The notes: a model not told the origin generated them from the sequence alone. Shown: positions 1 through 8,277, counted from the first letter of the stretch. The stretch: 64,000 nt of DNA from Candidatus Saccharimonadota bacterium (GCA_024635455.1 JAGXIU010000002.1:300309-364308), one strand, 5' to 3'. Numbers and translations: made by a program.

Positions 1-2
1 TC

Positions 3-1013
3 ATCGCAGATGATCTATTCGAGTTAAATCATCCCGATAAGATAAATGATGATGAGGCACGCGCTCGGTATAGCCAAGAAGTTATAGAACAAGGACCAGC
101 ATATGGGAGGTGGTTTCTATTTCCTTGGGATAACACATTGGTACAATATCCAGAGCTATCCGATTTACGAGCCCTCAGAACCTCTCGGAATAGACACCTT
201 ATAAGTGATGAAGAACAGTTAAAGTTATATGACTCCCGTGTTGCAATTATCGGCTTGAGCGTCGGCAGTAATGTCCTAAGAGAAGTGCTGCGTTCTGGGA
301 TAGGAGGACACATTGCCATAAGTGACATGGACACACTAGCCCCGTCAAATTTAAACCGAGTTGATGGCTTCTTCGAAGATGTTGGCACAAAGAAACTAGA
401 TTTAGCCGCAGCCAGAATCAGTAAAACTGACCCCTACATAAGCCAAGAGCACTATGGCGAAGGCATAAATAAACAGAATATTTCCGCGCTCGCAGAAGCC
501 GGCAACGTTCCAGACGTACTTGTTGATGAAATTGACGATTTACCCTCAAAGGCGATGCTTCGCTTGTTTGCTCGAGAGCACAACATACCATTAGTAATGG
601 CGACTGACACAGGAGACAAATCATTGCTGGATGTAGAACGGTACGATCTTGGTAAGGCTGAGCCATTTCATGGAAAAATCAAGGATAAAGACCTCGAACG
701 CCTCGCTACTGGTGAGATTTCAGACGAAGAACGCGGAAAATTCATGTTGAAAATAGTAGGCGTAAAAAATGTATCTACTAGATTACTACGATCAGCAAAA
801 GACATAGGGGAAAACCTTGGTGGGCTACCACAGCTCAGCACTTCTGCTGCAGCAAGCGGTGTTCTCGCATCTCTCGCGATGAGAGAAATTATTCTTGGAC
901 GTGAACTCTCTTCAGGCCGTTATGATTTATCACCAAAACATATCATGAAGCTTCAGAATCAAGCGTCCGGCAGTGAGTTTATGCACGCTTTGATTGACTT
1001 TATCCGGAAATAA
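3..1013 (+). CDS. ThiF/E1-like adenylyltransferase-domain protein (Rv1355c/MoeY-like), 5' end outside window
   Basis: The frame is open from the window edge through the TTG at 138, with no stop (IADDLFELNHPDK...GRWFLFPWDNTLVQYPE). Rossmann-type VAIIGLSVGSNV, ThiF-type DMDTLAPSNLNRV and LLDVERYD are present. Confidence 0.75.
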   Translation: MADDLFELNHPDKINDDEARARYSQEVIEQGPAYGRWFLFPWDNTLVQYPELSDLRALRTSRNRHLISDEEQLKLYDSRVAIIGLSVGSNVLREVLRSGIGGHIAISDMDTLAPSNLNRVDGFFEDVGTKKLDLAAARISKTDPYISQEHYGEGINKQNISALAEAGNVPDVLVDEIDDLPSKAMLRLFAREHNIPLVMATDTGDKSLLDVERYDLGKAEPFHGKIKDKDLERLATGEISDEERGKFMLKIVGVKNVSTRLLRSAKDIGENLGGLPQLSTSAAASGVLASLAMREIILGRELSSGRYDLSPKHIMKLQNQASGSEFMHALIDFIRK

Positions 1014-1073
1014 AACATTAGTATCTTAAACTGACCATCGAAAAGCGATTTCTACTTTAAAAGCATAATCATC

Positions 1074-1079
1074 TATAAT
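1074..1079 (+). promoter_or_regulatory. -10 box TATAAT, 8 nt upstream of the kinase ATG (leaderless-type arrangement)
   Basis: Perfect TATAAT at 1074-1079. There is no Shine-Dalgarno sequence between it and the ATG at 1088. Confidence 0.4.
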
Positions 1080-1087
1080 GCAGTGAA

Positions 1088-3286
1088 ATGGTTGAAGAGA
1101 TAGTACTCACAATAGGTGCACTAACGACGTTCATATCTGGCTTGTTTGTGTTCAGTAGGAATCCAAAACATGCAGTAAATCGGCTTTATGGAGGTTTGGC
1201 AATAGTTTTGGGGGTGTATATTACCGCAAATTATTTCTCTCTTCAGACGGATGAACGTTTGTTTTATATCCGATTAGTCATCTCAGCTTCTACACTTGCT
1301 GTTGCGCTTCTTTACTATCTTGCTGTTCGGCTGATCGATGCGACTCGTTCACTTTCAAGTGTTGAAATTGTAGGCGCACTAAGTACACCATTTGTGGTTG
1401 CGCTTAATTTTACTCCACTTGTTTTTTCAGGTTTAGAGCCAAGTCGAAACCCTGCACCAACCCCTGGTCCACTTATTTTTGTCTTTGCGCTACATCTGCT
1501 CGTTTATTTACTGGCATCACTTTTTCTACTAATAAAGCAAATAAAAAATACGGTAGATCGGGAACGATTGCAATATGCTTGGATTTTGGTTGGTATAGCG
1601 CCAATGTTGTTTTTTGCTCCTTTCACAGGCTTTGTTTTACCAGTTCTGTATCAGAACGTTAGCTTAGTGGTCCTAAACCCAATATATAGTATTTTCTTTG
1701 TTTTGGTCGTCGGTTATTTAATAGTTTGGCATAGACTGTTTGACGTTAAGCTTGTTGTTGCACGAACGGTAGGCTACTTGCTTTCTGTGCTGGCTGTTGC
1801 AACTGTCTTTTCATTCACAGCATTTTTATTAATCAATACATTTTCTGATGAAACACTTCGGTTGCCACGTTCACAGCAGGTACTCTTTACGTTAATTGCG
1901 GTTGTACTTGCATTTGTATTTCAGCCGGTAAAAAATTTCTTCGATAAATTATCCAACAGGGTTTTCTATAGAGATGCCTATGACCCACAAGAATTCCTAG
2001 ATCAGCTTAATAAGGTTTTGGTAACAAGAGTCGACATTGACCCGCTACTCGACGACACAGTCGCCGTTATCAAGGCTCATCTTAAGTCTGATTTTTGTGC
2101 CTTCAATATAAGAAAGACGCAGTATATGGAAAATCGTCTTGCTGGTGACAGTAAGGACATAGATGTTGAAGACTTAGAGAAAATCGGAACGTTGGCCTCA
2201 CACATTCATGACCCGATTGTTGTAGCCAGTGACTTAGAGTCTGACAAAGATGAACTTAAATCCCTTCTGAACAGGTATGATATCGAAGTTATAGCGAGGC
2301 TTGTAACCACAGTTGAGTACGACGTTGAGGGTGTTGGCTACCTTATGTTTGGCCCAAAAAAGAGCGGTAGTCCTTATGGTCGGCAAGACATCAAGATGCT
2401 TGAAATTATCGCTAATGAGCTAGTCATTGCAATCCAGAACGCGCTACGTTTCGAGGAGATAGAAGAGTTTAACGTGACCTTGCAACAGAAGGTGGACGAT
2501 GCGACCAAGAAGTTGCGCCAAACCAACGAGAAGCTCAAGCAGATGGATGAGACCAAAGACGAGTTTATTAGTATGGCCTCACACCAGCTGCGAACTCCAC
2601 TTACATCAGTAAAAGGTTACCTAAGTATGGTATTAGAGGGTGACGCGGGTGAGGTGAAGCCAATGCAAGAAAAGTTGCTCAGCCAAGCATTTACCAGTTC
2701 TCAGCGCATGGTTTATTTAATAGCCGATCTGTTAAATGTCTCTCGGTTGCGTACCGGCAAATTTGTTATCGAATCAATAAAAGCTAATTTAGCCGAAATC
2801 GTAGATGGTGAAGTACAGCAGCTGAAAGAGACCGCATCTTCTCGGAAGCTCGACTTAGTTTATGATAAGCCAGATGACTTCCCGGTATTGATGCTGGACG
2901 AGACAAAGTTGCGCCAAGTCGTTATGAACTTTATAGATAATGCCATTTACTACACACCTAGTGGAGGCACGATCACAGTGAAGCTAGAGGACAAGAAAGA
3001 TACTGTTGAGTATACCGTGACAGATACAGGTATGGGTGTTCCAAAAGCAGATCAGCAGCACTTATTTACTAAGTTTTATCGAGCAGGTAACGCGCGTAAG
3101 GCTCGCCCTGACGGTACTGGTCTTGGGCTATTTATGTCTAAGAAAGTGGTAATTGCTCAAGGTGGCGCCATTATATTTAAGAGCGAAGAGGGAGAAGGTA
3201 GTACCTTTGGGTTTACCTTGCCGAAAGAAAAGCTCATACCAAAAGAAATCCAGCCCGCTACAGACGATGACAGCAAAGACAAATAA
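1088..3286 (+). CDS. Membrane sensor histidine kinase (no adjacent response regulator)
   Basis: Long polytopic hydrophobic N-terminus. H-box SHQLRTPLTSVKGY, N-box NFIDNAIYYT, G-boxes DTGMGV and GTGLGLF. Confidence 0.9.
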   Translation: MVEEIVLTIGALTTFISGLFVFSRNPKHAVNRLYGGLAIVLGVYITANYFSLQTDERLFYIRLVISASTLAVALLYYLAVRLIDATRSLSSVEIVGALSTPFVVALNFTPLVFSGLEPSRNPAPTPGPLIFVFALHLLVYLLASLFLLIKQIKNTVDRERLQYAWILVGIAPMLFFAPFTGFVLPVLYQNVSLVVLNPIYSIFFVLVVGYLIVWHRLFDVKLVVARTVGYLLSVLAVATVFSFTAFLLINTFSDETLRLPRSQQVLFTLIAVVLAFVFQPVKNFFDKLSNRVFYRDAYDPQEFLDQLNKVLVTRVDIDPLLDDTVAVIKAHLKSDFCAFNIRKTQYMENRLAGDSKDIDVEDLEKIGTLASHIHDPIVVASDLESDKDELKSLLNRYDIEVIARLVTTVEYDVEGVGYLMFGPKKSGSPYGRQDIKMLEIIANELVIAIQNALRFEEIEEFNVTLQQKVDDATKKLRQTNEKLKQMDETKDEFISMASHQLRTPLTSVKGYLSMVLEGDAGEVKPMQEKLLSQAFTSSQRMVYLIADLLNVSRLRTGKFVIESIKANLAEIVDGEVQQLKETASSRKLDLVYDKPDDFPVLMLDETKLRQVVMNFIDNAIYYTPSGGTITVKLEDKKDTVEYTVTDTGMGVPKADQQHLFTKFYRAGNARKARPDGTGLGLFMSKKVVIAQGGAIIFKSEEGEGSTFGFTLPKEKLIPKEIQPATDDDSKDK

Positions 3287-3396
3287 AAGCACGAAAAACC
3301 CCGTACTAATGCGTTATCACAGGTGTTATATACGACTATCATCACAAGAAAAAAACACAAGAAGTTTGTAATATAACCCAATTTGTGTAAAAACAA

Positions 3397-3425
3397 TTGA
3401 CAATAGCTTATGCTTGTGGTAGAGT
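3397..3425 (+). promoter_or_regulatory. Sigma70-type promoter upstream of 3519 gene
   Basis: TTGACA (3397-3402), a 17-nt spacer, then TAGAGT (3420-3425) preceded by TGG (extended -10). The GGAG Shine-Dalgarno sequence lies before the ATG at 3519. Confidence 0.5.
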
Positions 3426-3518
3426 AGCAACTGTAATCGTATGTTTCCGTAATTTTGAGAGGTTGCGGTCAGAGGACATACAAGGGCATAAGCCTAATTA
3501 AATAGGAGTAAAGAGAAG

Positions 3519-5306
3519 ATGAGTGAGACACTACAAAATCCAGGACTACGAGCTGAAGCATTATCGGAGCAGAAGCTTCGAGATCAATTGGAATCAATAG
3601 AAAAAGATTATGGTGAAATACAAGATCTAATGGTTAGCTTGAAGAGTGCCATGTCACGATTAGACCAACGCATGGAGGCGCTACAAGCACAACTAGATCT
3701 TCCAGCGCAAACAGATCCTGAGGAGACTCCCTTTATACCAGAACAGGCGTCTTCAAATGACGAATCTGAAGCCGCAGAACAATCAGAACGGAAGCGGTTC
3801 TGGACTCCTCTTAAGAAAACAATAGGCGCAGTTGCACTTACTGCAGCCGTAATATTTGGCGTCACTCAGTACGATAGAGATGCCGTTGAAAATAATGACG
3901 ATGGGCTTGCTGCTGCATCTGAAGATGATGGCGAAATAGCAGATCCAATATTTAGCGATAAATCAGAAGATAACGAAATGACCACAGTTTCTTCACGAGA
4001 TGATACAGGCGCAGCAGATGAAGACGCCGAACGTCAAAATCAATTAAACAGAGACCAAGAAGAACTTACGGAAGCTGATTTCGCAGCAGCACAAGATGCG
4101 ATTAACAGCCTAGGCCAGGGCGATAATCTTAGCGTATTTAAGCAAGACTGGAATACTGACATATTTTCAATGAGCCCGGTAGAAGCTGGCGTATATTCGA
4201 TGAACAGTGGAGCAGTTATCGAAGCAGCAGAAGACGGCCATTTTACTATAAATGACAGCATCCATGGTTCAATGGATGTGCTCAATGGTAAGTACGGAGA
4301 AGATCGTGCTGCACATGCCGTAGAAACCATGACTAATATGGGATTCAATGCTAGTCAAATTGAAGAGTTCGCCCAAAACGGTAACATAGAAGGATTTCAG
4401 ACATTTGCAGTTCAAGCCGACAGGGCGGGTACATTCACCAACACCCCTTATGTAACTCAAAACGGTGAGGGCGAAGTGGCAGAAGGCACAAGGCAATTCG
4501 CAGCTGGAGATATTTTCCTTATACACCTAAACGAAGAAACAGGAGAAGTAGTTGTAACACGAGTTGATTGCGGTGCATTCTTGCAGTACGGAGATTTCGT
4601 GTTCCCAGATGAACCACCAGTTGAAGAACCACCAGTAGATGAACCACCAATCGATGAACCACCAATCGATGAACCACCAGTTGAAGAACCACCAGTTGAT
4701 GAACCACCAGTAGATGAACCACCAATCGATGAACCACCAGAGGAGCCAATTATGTTAGAAGTTTGTGACCCAGCCACCGGCGTCATTATAGATGTGACTG
4801 AGGATGAGTTTAATGAAGGTGACTGGTGGATTATAGGTGATCTTCCAGAAGGTATCACCATAGTAGACGGCCGTTGTGTACACGCACCAGCTGATGGTCC
4901 ACCACCAGTTGCTGAGCAAGAGCCACACACGGACACGGCAACACCTACTCCTGGTTATCCAGGTCGTGGACACGCCGAAGATGTTGTCGAAGACCAACAG
5001 GGTGACCCAACCAATCTTGACGACACAGAATTTGGCACAGAAGTACCCGATTCACAAGATGGTGGAGAAGCCCCAGGTGGCGGTGAGGAAAGCGTTGTAG
5101 ACGAGATTCCACACACTGATGACGAAGGTAACGAGATTGATCAGGAAAATCCAGATCACGATGAAGACGTAACTTCTCCAGGAACAGATGAAGGCACCAG
5201 CAATGATGCTGAGAGTGAAGACGCTGACACTGGCGAAGAAGACGAAGAAACCAACACCGATGACCCCCTCGACGGCGGATTCCCCGGTGTAACAGGTAGC
5301 AACTAA
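3519..5306 (+). CDS. Hypothetical acidic, single-pass membrane protein with (D/E)EPP(V/I) tandem repeats
   Basis: 595-aa ORF with a GGAG ribosome-binding site. Coiled-coil-like N-terminus, one TM segment (TIGAVALTAAVIFGV), a large D/E-rich ectodomain and a 9x pentapeptide repeat. Confidence 0.75.
   Translation: MSETLQNPGLRAEALSEQKLRDQLESIEKDYGEIQDLMVSLKSAMSRLDQRMEALQAQLDLPAQTDPEETPFIPEQASSNDESEAAEQSERKRFWTPLKKTIGAVALTAAVIFGVTQYDRDAVENNDDGLAAASEDDGEIADPIFSDKSEDNEMTTVSSRDDTGAADEDAERQNQLNRDQEELTEADFAAAQDAINSLGQGDNLSVFKQDWNTDIFSMSPVEAGVYSMNSGAVIEAAEDGHFTINDSIHGSMDVLNGKYGEDRAAHAVETMTNMGFNASQIEEFAQNGNIEGFQTFAVQADRAGTFTNTPYVTQNGEGEVAEGTRQFAAGDIFLIHLNEETGEVVVTRVDCGAFLQYGDFVFPDEPPVEEPPVDEPPIDEPPIDEPPVEEPPVDEPPVDEPPIDEPPEEPIMLEVCDPATGVIIDVTEDEFNEGDWWIIGDLPEGITIVDGRCVHAPADGPPPVAEQEPHTDTATPTPGYPGRGHAEDVVEDQQGDPTNLDDTEFGTEVPDSQDGGEAPGGGEESVVDEIPHTDDEGNEIDQENPDHDEDVTSPGTDEGTSNDAESEDADTGEEDEETNTDDPLDGGFPGVTGSN
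4608..4742 (+). repeat. In-frame tandem repeat, 9 units of 15 bp (gat/gaa-gaa-cca-cca-gtt/gta/atc)
   Basis: Read directly: units at 4608, 4623, 4638 ... 4728 encode DEPPV/EEPPV/DEPPI. Units 1-4 and 5-8 form a 60-bp higher-order duplication. Confidence 0.95.
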
Positions 5307-5329
5307 GCAGTCAGCTGTAATAAAGGAGC

Positions 5330-6856
5330 ATGAATATGAAACTACTCACACACATTAAAGGTAAAGCGAAGGCAACACTTCTTACACTAGTTGCGATAGC
5401 CTTGCCGCTCGCTGGAATTGTCAACGCACAATCAAGCCAGGTTCTTATGGAAGGTAACACCGAGGCACTAAATGTGACTGCAGGTGAGACCGAATATAGC
5501 GACTCAACCGACGCAATGGTAGATGACGTTGTACAAGTACAGGTATGGCTACACAACCGTGAGATGCCAGAAGCAGCCAATGCAGAGAATACACGCGTTG
5601 CTATCGATGTGCCGAACGATCAAGGCATAACGCAAGTCATCACCGGTACGATTAGTGCCGACAACGCTAACACAGTCGTTGACGACACGACGCTAAACCT
5701 CTCGCTTGAACGAGCCCGCGTTGAATATATGGAAGGTACTGCGAAGTACCGCTACAACGCTGGCGCAGCTGAAGGCCGAGACGAGTGTAAAACTGGCTTG
5801 GAGTATCCAGCTGACGACTGTTACGAAACAATTGAAATATCTGACGACATTGCCTTAAGTGATAGCGGCGTAAACCTTGATGACTATCGAGGTGGCACCC
5901 TAAACGGTTGTAACGCTTATCACGAGACGGTTACCATCCAAGTACGTGTTATTGCAGATGTTGTCAGTGTAAACAAGTTTGTTCGACACGCTGGTGAAGG
6001 TGCAGACGACTGGTCAACAAGTACAGAGGCTGTACCAGGAGATGAGCTAGAATACCTTATTCGTTTCCGTAACGAAGGCAATAGTGAGCTCGAAGACATC
6101 ATGGTTGGTGATAACCTGCCAAAATACCACACTTATATCGATGGTACGACGTGGTTGATCAACAGTAACAACCCAGACGGTCGCAACCTCGATAATGATA
6201 ATATCACCACGGGCGGAATAAATGTTGGCAACTATGGTCCAGGTGCTACTGGATATGTATGGTTCACTTCAGAGCTTGATCCACTTGCTGGATACGAACG
6301 ATGCAACCAGACATATGACTTGCGTAACGTCGGCGTTGTTCGACCTGCGGGCATGAACGAGTTCTATAACACCGCCCAGGCACTTGTATCGGTCGAGTGT
6401 GACGAAGAGGAAGAAGAACCAACTGAGTCTGCTCTCGTTTGTGAGCAACTGAGCGCCAGCAACCAAGGCGATGGAGTATTCCAGTTCACGACATCATTTG
6501 ATACATCAGGTGATGACGCAGACCAAGACCTTTACGTGTACGATTTCGGTGACGGTAAAGATGTCACAACTAACGATAATCCGTATACTCACACTTACGA
6601 CGAGCCAGGTACATACACAGTACGAGTCTCTGTCCGAGGCACAGTTGACGGCGAAACAGTTACAGAAACAAGTGACGCATGTAGCATAACCGTTACTGTA
6701 CCTGACGACGAAGACCACGAGGATCCTGAGAATCCACGTAACCCAGAAGAGCCTACGGAGCTTCCATCTACAGGCCCAGCAAGTATCGCAGGATTGTTCA
6801 CTATAACCACACTGATGAGTGCGGCAGCTCACCGAGTAGTTACTCGACGAAGCTAA
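5330..6856 (+). CDS. LPXTG-anchored surface protein with DUF11-like repeat and PKD domain
   Basis: Signal peptide (LLTLVAIALPLAGIVNAQS). DUF11-like PGDELEYLIRFRNEGNSELEDIMVGDNLP and PKD-like YVYDFGDGKDVTTNDNPYTHTYDEPGTYTVRVSV. C-terminal LPSTG, then a hydrophobic stretch and an RRS tail. Confidence 0.88.
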   Translation: MNMKLLTHIKGKAKATLLTLVAIALPLAGIVNAQSSQVLMEGNTEALNVTAGETEYSDSTDAMVDDVVQVQVWLHNREMPEAANAENTRVAIDVPNDQGITQVITGTISADNANTVVDDTTLNLSLERARVEYMEGTAKYRYNAGAAEGRDECKTGLEYPADDCYETIEISDDIALSDSGVNLDDYRGGTLNGCNAYHETVTIQVRVIADVVSVNKFVRHAGEGADDWSTSTEAVPGDELEYLIRFRNEGNSELEDIMVGDNLPKYHTYIDGTTWLINSNNPDGRNLDNDNITTGGINVGNYGPGATGYVWFTSELDPLAGYERCNQTYDLRNVGVVRPAGMNEFYNTAQALVSVECDEEEEEPTESALVCEQLSASNQGDGVFQFTTSFDTSGDDADQDLYVYDFGDGKDVTTNDNPYTHTYDEPGTYTVRVSVRGTVDGETVTETSDACSITVTVPDDEDHEDPENPRNPEEPTELPSTGPASIAGLFTITTLMSAAAHRVVTRRS

Positions 6857-6893
6857 TACATCCTCGATAAAAACTGACCGCTCTCATGTGCTC

Positions 6894-6925
6894 CGAAATC
6901 CCCGCCTATAATTGCGGGGATTTCG
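6894..6925 (+). terminator. 12-bp perfect hairpin downstream of LPXTG gene
   Basis: cgaaatccccgc - ctataatt - gcggggatttcg. There is no clear U-tract, so it is terminator-like only. Confidence 0.45.
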
Positions 6926-6993
6926 CTAGGCTAACAGATTGTGCTACAATTTTTCGGTTAGTCTGCATCCAGCCTATAGCCACCACATTAGGT

Positions 6994-7023
6994 GGCCTCA
7001 CCACCTAACGGCTAGGGCGCCAG
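6994..7023 (+). pseudogene. tRNA-Glu 5'-half-like fragment (non-functional)
   Basis: 25 of 30 nt are identical to positions 1-30 of the tRNA-Glu at 7111 (ggcctca..ctaacgg.tagg.cgccag). No anticodon arm, T-arm or acceptor 3' strand can be folded downstream. Confidence 0.45.
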
Positions 7024-7110
7024 CTCTACGAGGCTCGCCGAGCAAGTCATCCTAACTCAGGACAAAAACACCTTTACATCTGTTATTATAGTCTAGTAAA
7101 TAGCACTCAT

Positions 7111-7185
7111 GGCCTCATCGTCTAACGGTTAGGACGCCAGGTTTTCATCCTGGTAATCGGGGTTCGATTCCCCGTGAGGTCACCA
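7111..7185 (+). tRNA. tRNA-Glu (anticodon UUC), CCA encoded
   Basis: Acceptor ggcctca/tgaggtc, anticodon arm ccagg-ttTTCat-cctgg, T-arm cgggg-ttcgatt-ccccg, discriminator A followed by CCA. Confidence 0.93.
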
Positions 7186-7221
7186 ATGAAAGCGCCCCAC
7201 CTCGTGTGGGGTGTTTTCATT
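7185..7221 (+). terminator. Hairpin with T-rich 3' side after tRNA-Glu
   Basis: aatgaaa-gcg-ccccac [ctcgt] gtgggg-tgt-tttcatt. Confidence 0.5.
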
Positions 7222-7405
7222 GGTGTGTTCCATGCAGTGGAACAATCGAACACCCAGGTTCGGGCGCCAATGAAGCCACGCGCAGAAGTTTACTTCGAGC
7301 ATGGCTAAGCGGATATAGCCCCGAGCGTAAGCCGGAGCGCTTTCCCCGTGAAGGCGCTCATCTTGCATCGAGTAAGCTCCGCAGGCGCATCGACTGAAAG
7401 GAGAT

Positions 7406-7418
7406 ATTCCCCGTGAGG
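7406..7418 (+). repeat. Copy of tRNA-Glu T-arm/acceptor 3' segment (attccccgtgagg)
   Basis: The 13-nt sequence is identical to 7167-7179 inside the tRNA. A second 10-nt copy (ttccccgtga) lies at 7342-7351. Confidence 0.6.
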
Positions 7419-7423
7419 AATAA

Positions 7424-7457
7424 TTAAACCCGACATACTATAGTGTGTCGGGTTTAA
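7424..7457. terminator. Bidirectional terminator-like hairpin
   Basis: ttaaacccgaca [tactatagtg] tgtcgggtttaa. A/T runs flank both sides, and it lies 18 nt past the stop of the minus-strand gene ending at 7475. Confidence 0.6.
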
Positions 7458-7474
7458 TACGGCTTAAAACAGTT

Positions 7475-8269
7475 CTAGAGCTTTATGAAACACTCTTTAT
7501 CTAGGCTGGCTTGAAGAATCTTTTTGCCTACTGGATGTTTGCTCATGCCACTGGTTTGACTAGCGTGAGCCTCCATAGCCTTGCGTTTTTTGACCTTAAT
7601 GTCTTCTGTCAGCTCAAAGCAGATATCAACATCTGCTTGGTTGTAGAGCTTCGGCTTATCAGTTGCGAAGTAGATATCAAACAGTTCGTCAGCCTCTTTA
7701 CCGACAGCATTATAATTCTCGGTTGTTTCCACGGCGCCGTATACAGAAATGTTGGCGTTGGATTCGAGTGCGGCTTTTCGTGCCCATTTTGATATCAGTT
7801 GATGGTCACGGTGACCGGTAATACCGGTCGGCTCAAAAGTAAGAATCGAATTGGGGGCAAATGCAGATATATGCTGCGTAAGTACCTCGATAATATCGGC
7901 CTCATCAATAGTATCTAATTTGTTGTCAGGGTAATGCAGCAGCACGCCCGACTCAACGCTGATTGCGGCAAGTGCCGCGCCGAATTCGGACTCACGTATA
8001 TTTCGTAAGTCTTTGCGAGACCAGCTAGCTTCATCAGCGGTTTGTCCGTCGTCGCCTTTGGTGGCGCTGAGTACGCAAACTCGTTGCTCATTCTCAATTG
8101 CGGCGGCCATAATACCAGCAGAAGACCACGTCTCATCATCTGGATGAGCCCATATCCCCATAATTGCACCGAGACTTTGTATATCTTTTTGCGTACGTAT
8201 CACGGCTTTAGTATACGCCGGTAGGCTTATGTGAACCACAGCTCTAAATAAATATCCAAAAAAAACCAC
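7475..8269 (-). CDS. PIG-L/LmbE-family N-acetylglucosaminyl deacetylase
   Basis: AHPDDE motif (IWAHPDDETWSSAG) and the HRDH motif (TGHRDHQ). Confidence 0.85.
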   Translation of the reverse strand: MVFFGYLFRAVVHISLPAYTKAVIRTQKDIQSLGAIMGIWAHPDDETWSSAGIMAAAIENEQRVCVLSATKGDDGQTADEASWSRKDLRNIRESEFGAALAAISVESGVLLHYPDNKLDTIDEADIIEVLTQHISAFAPNSILTFEPTGITGHRDHQLISKWARKAALESNANISVYGAVETTENYNAVGKEADELFDIYFATDKPKLYNQADVDICFELTEDIKVKKRKAMEAHASQTSGMSKHPVGKKILQASLDKECFIKL

Positions 8270-8277
8270 AATACCCC

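Noticed and set aside
4608-4742. Possible CRISPR-like array
   Set aside because: The units are contiguous 15-bp repeats with no spacers, and they are in frame within a CDS. This is a coding tandem repeat, not CRISPR.
4457-4936. 159-aa minus-strand ORF with GGSS(T/I) repeats, plus ORF 4519-4749
   Set aside because: These are the mirror image of the plus-strand (D/E)EPP(V/I) tandem repeat. The repeat keeps several frames open. The plus-strand 595-aa ORF has a ribosome-binding site and sensible architecture.
6872-6884. 13-mer actgaccgctctc shared between 6872-6884 and 39577-39589
   Set aside because: Dozens of chance 13-mer repeats are expected in 64 kb. One copy is inside a CDS, and there is no flanking similarity.
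6994-7076. A second functional tRNA upstream of tRNA-Glu
   Set aside because: The 5' 30 nt resemble tRNA-Glu. However, no 5-bp anticodon stem with a 7-nt loop, no T-arm and no complementary acceptor 3' strand can be formed.
7180-7397. 62-63 aa ORFs on both strands downstream of tRNA-Glu
   Set aside because: They have no ribosome-binding site, Cys/Trp/His/Arg-rich improbable composition, and overlap strong hairpins. They are treated as non-coding.
7222-7405. SRP RNA, RNase P RNA, 6S or 5S assignment for the GC-rich spacer
   Set aside because: Hallmark motifs are absent: the SRP helix-8 GGAA/AGCA, and the RNase P GAGGAAAGUCC with ACAGAA..CCGGCUUA pairing. Only a short CCGGCUUAC-like string occurs on the minus strand, and the region is too short for RNase P.
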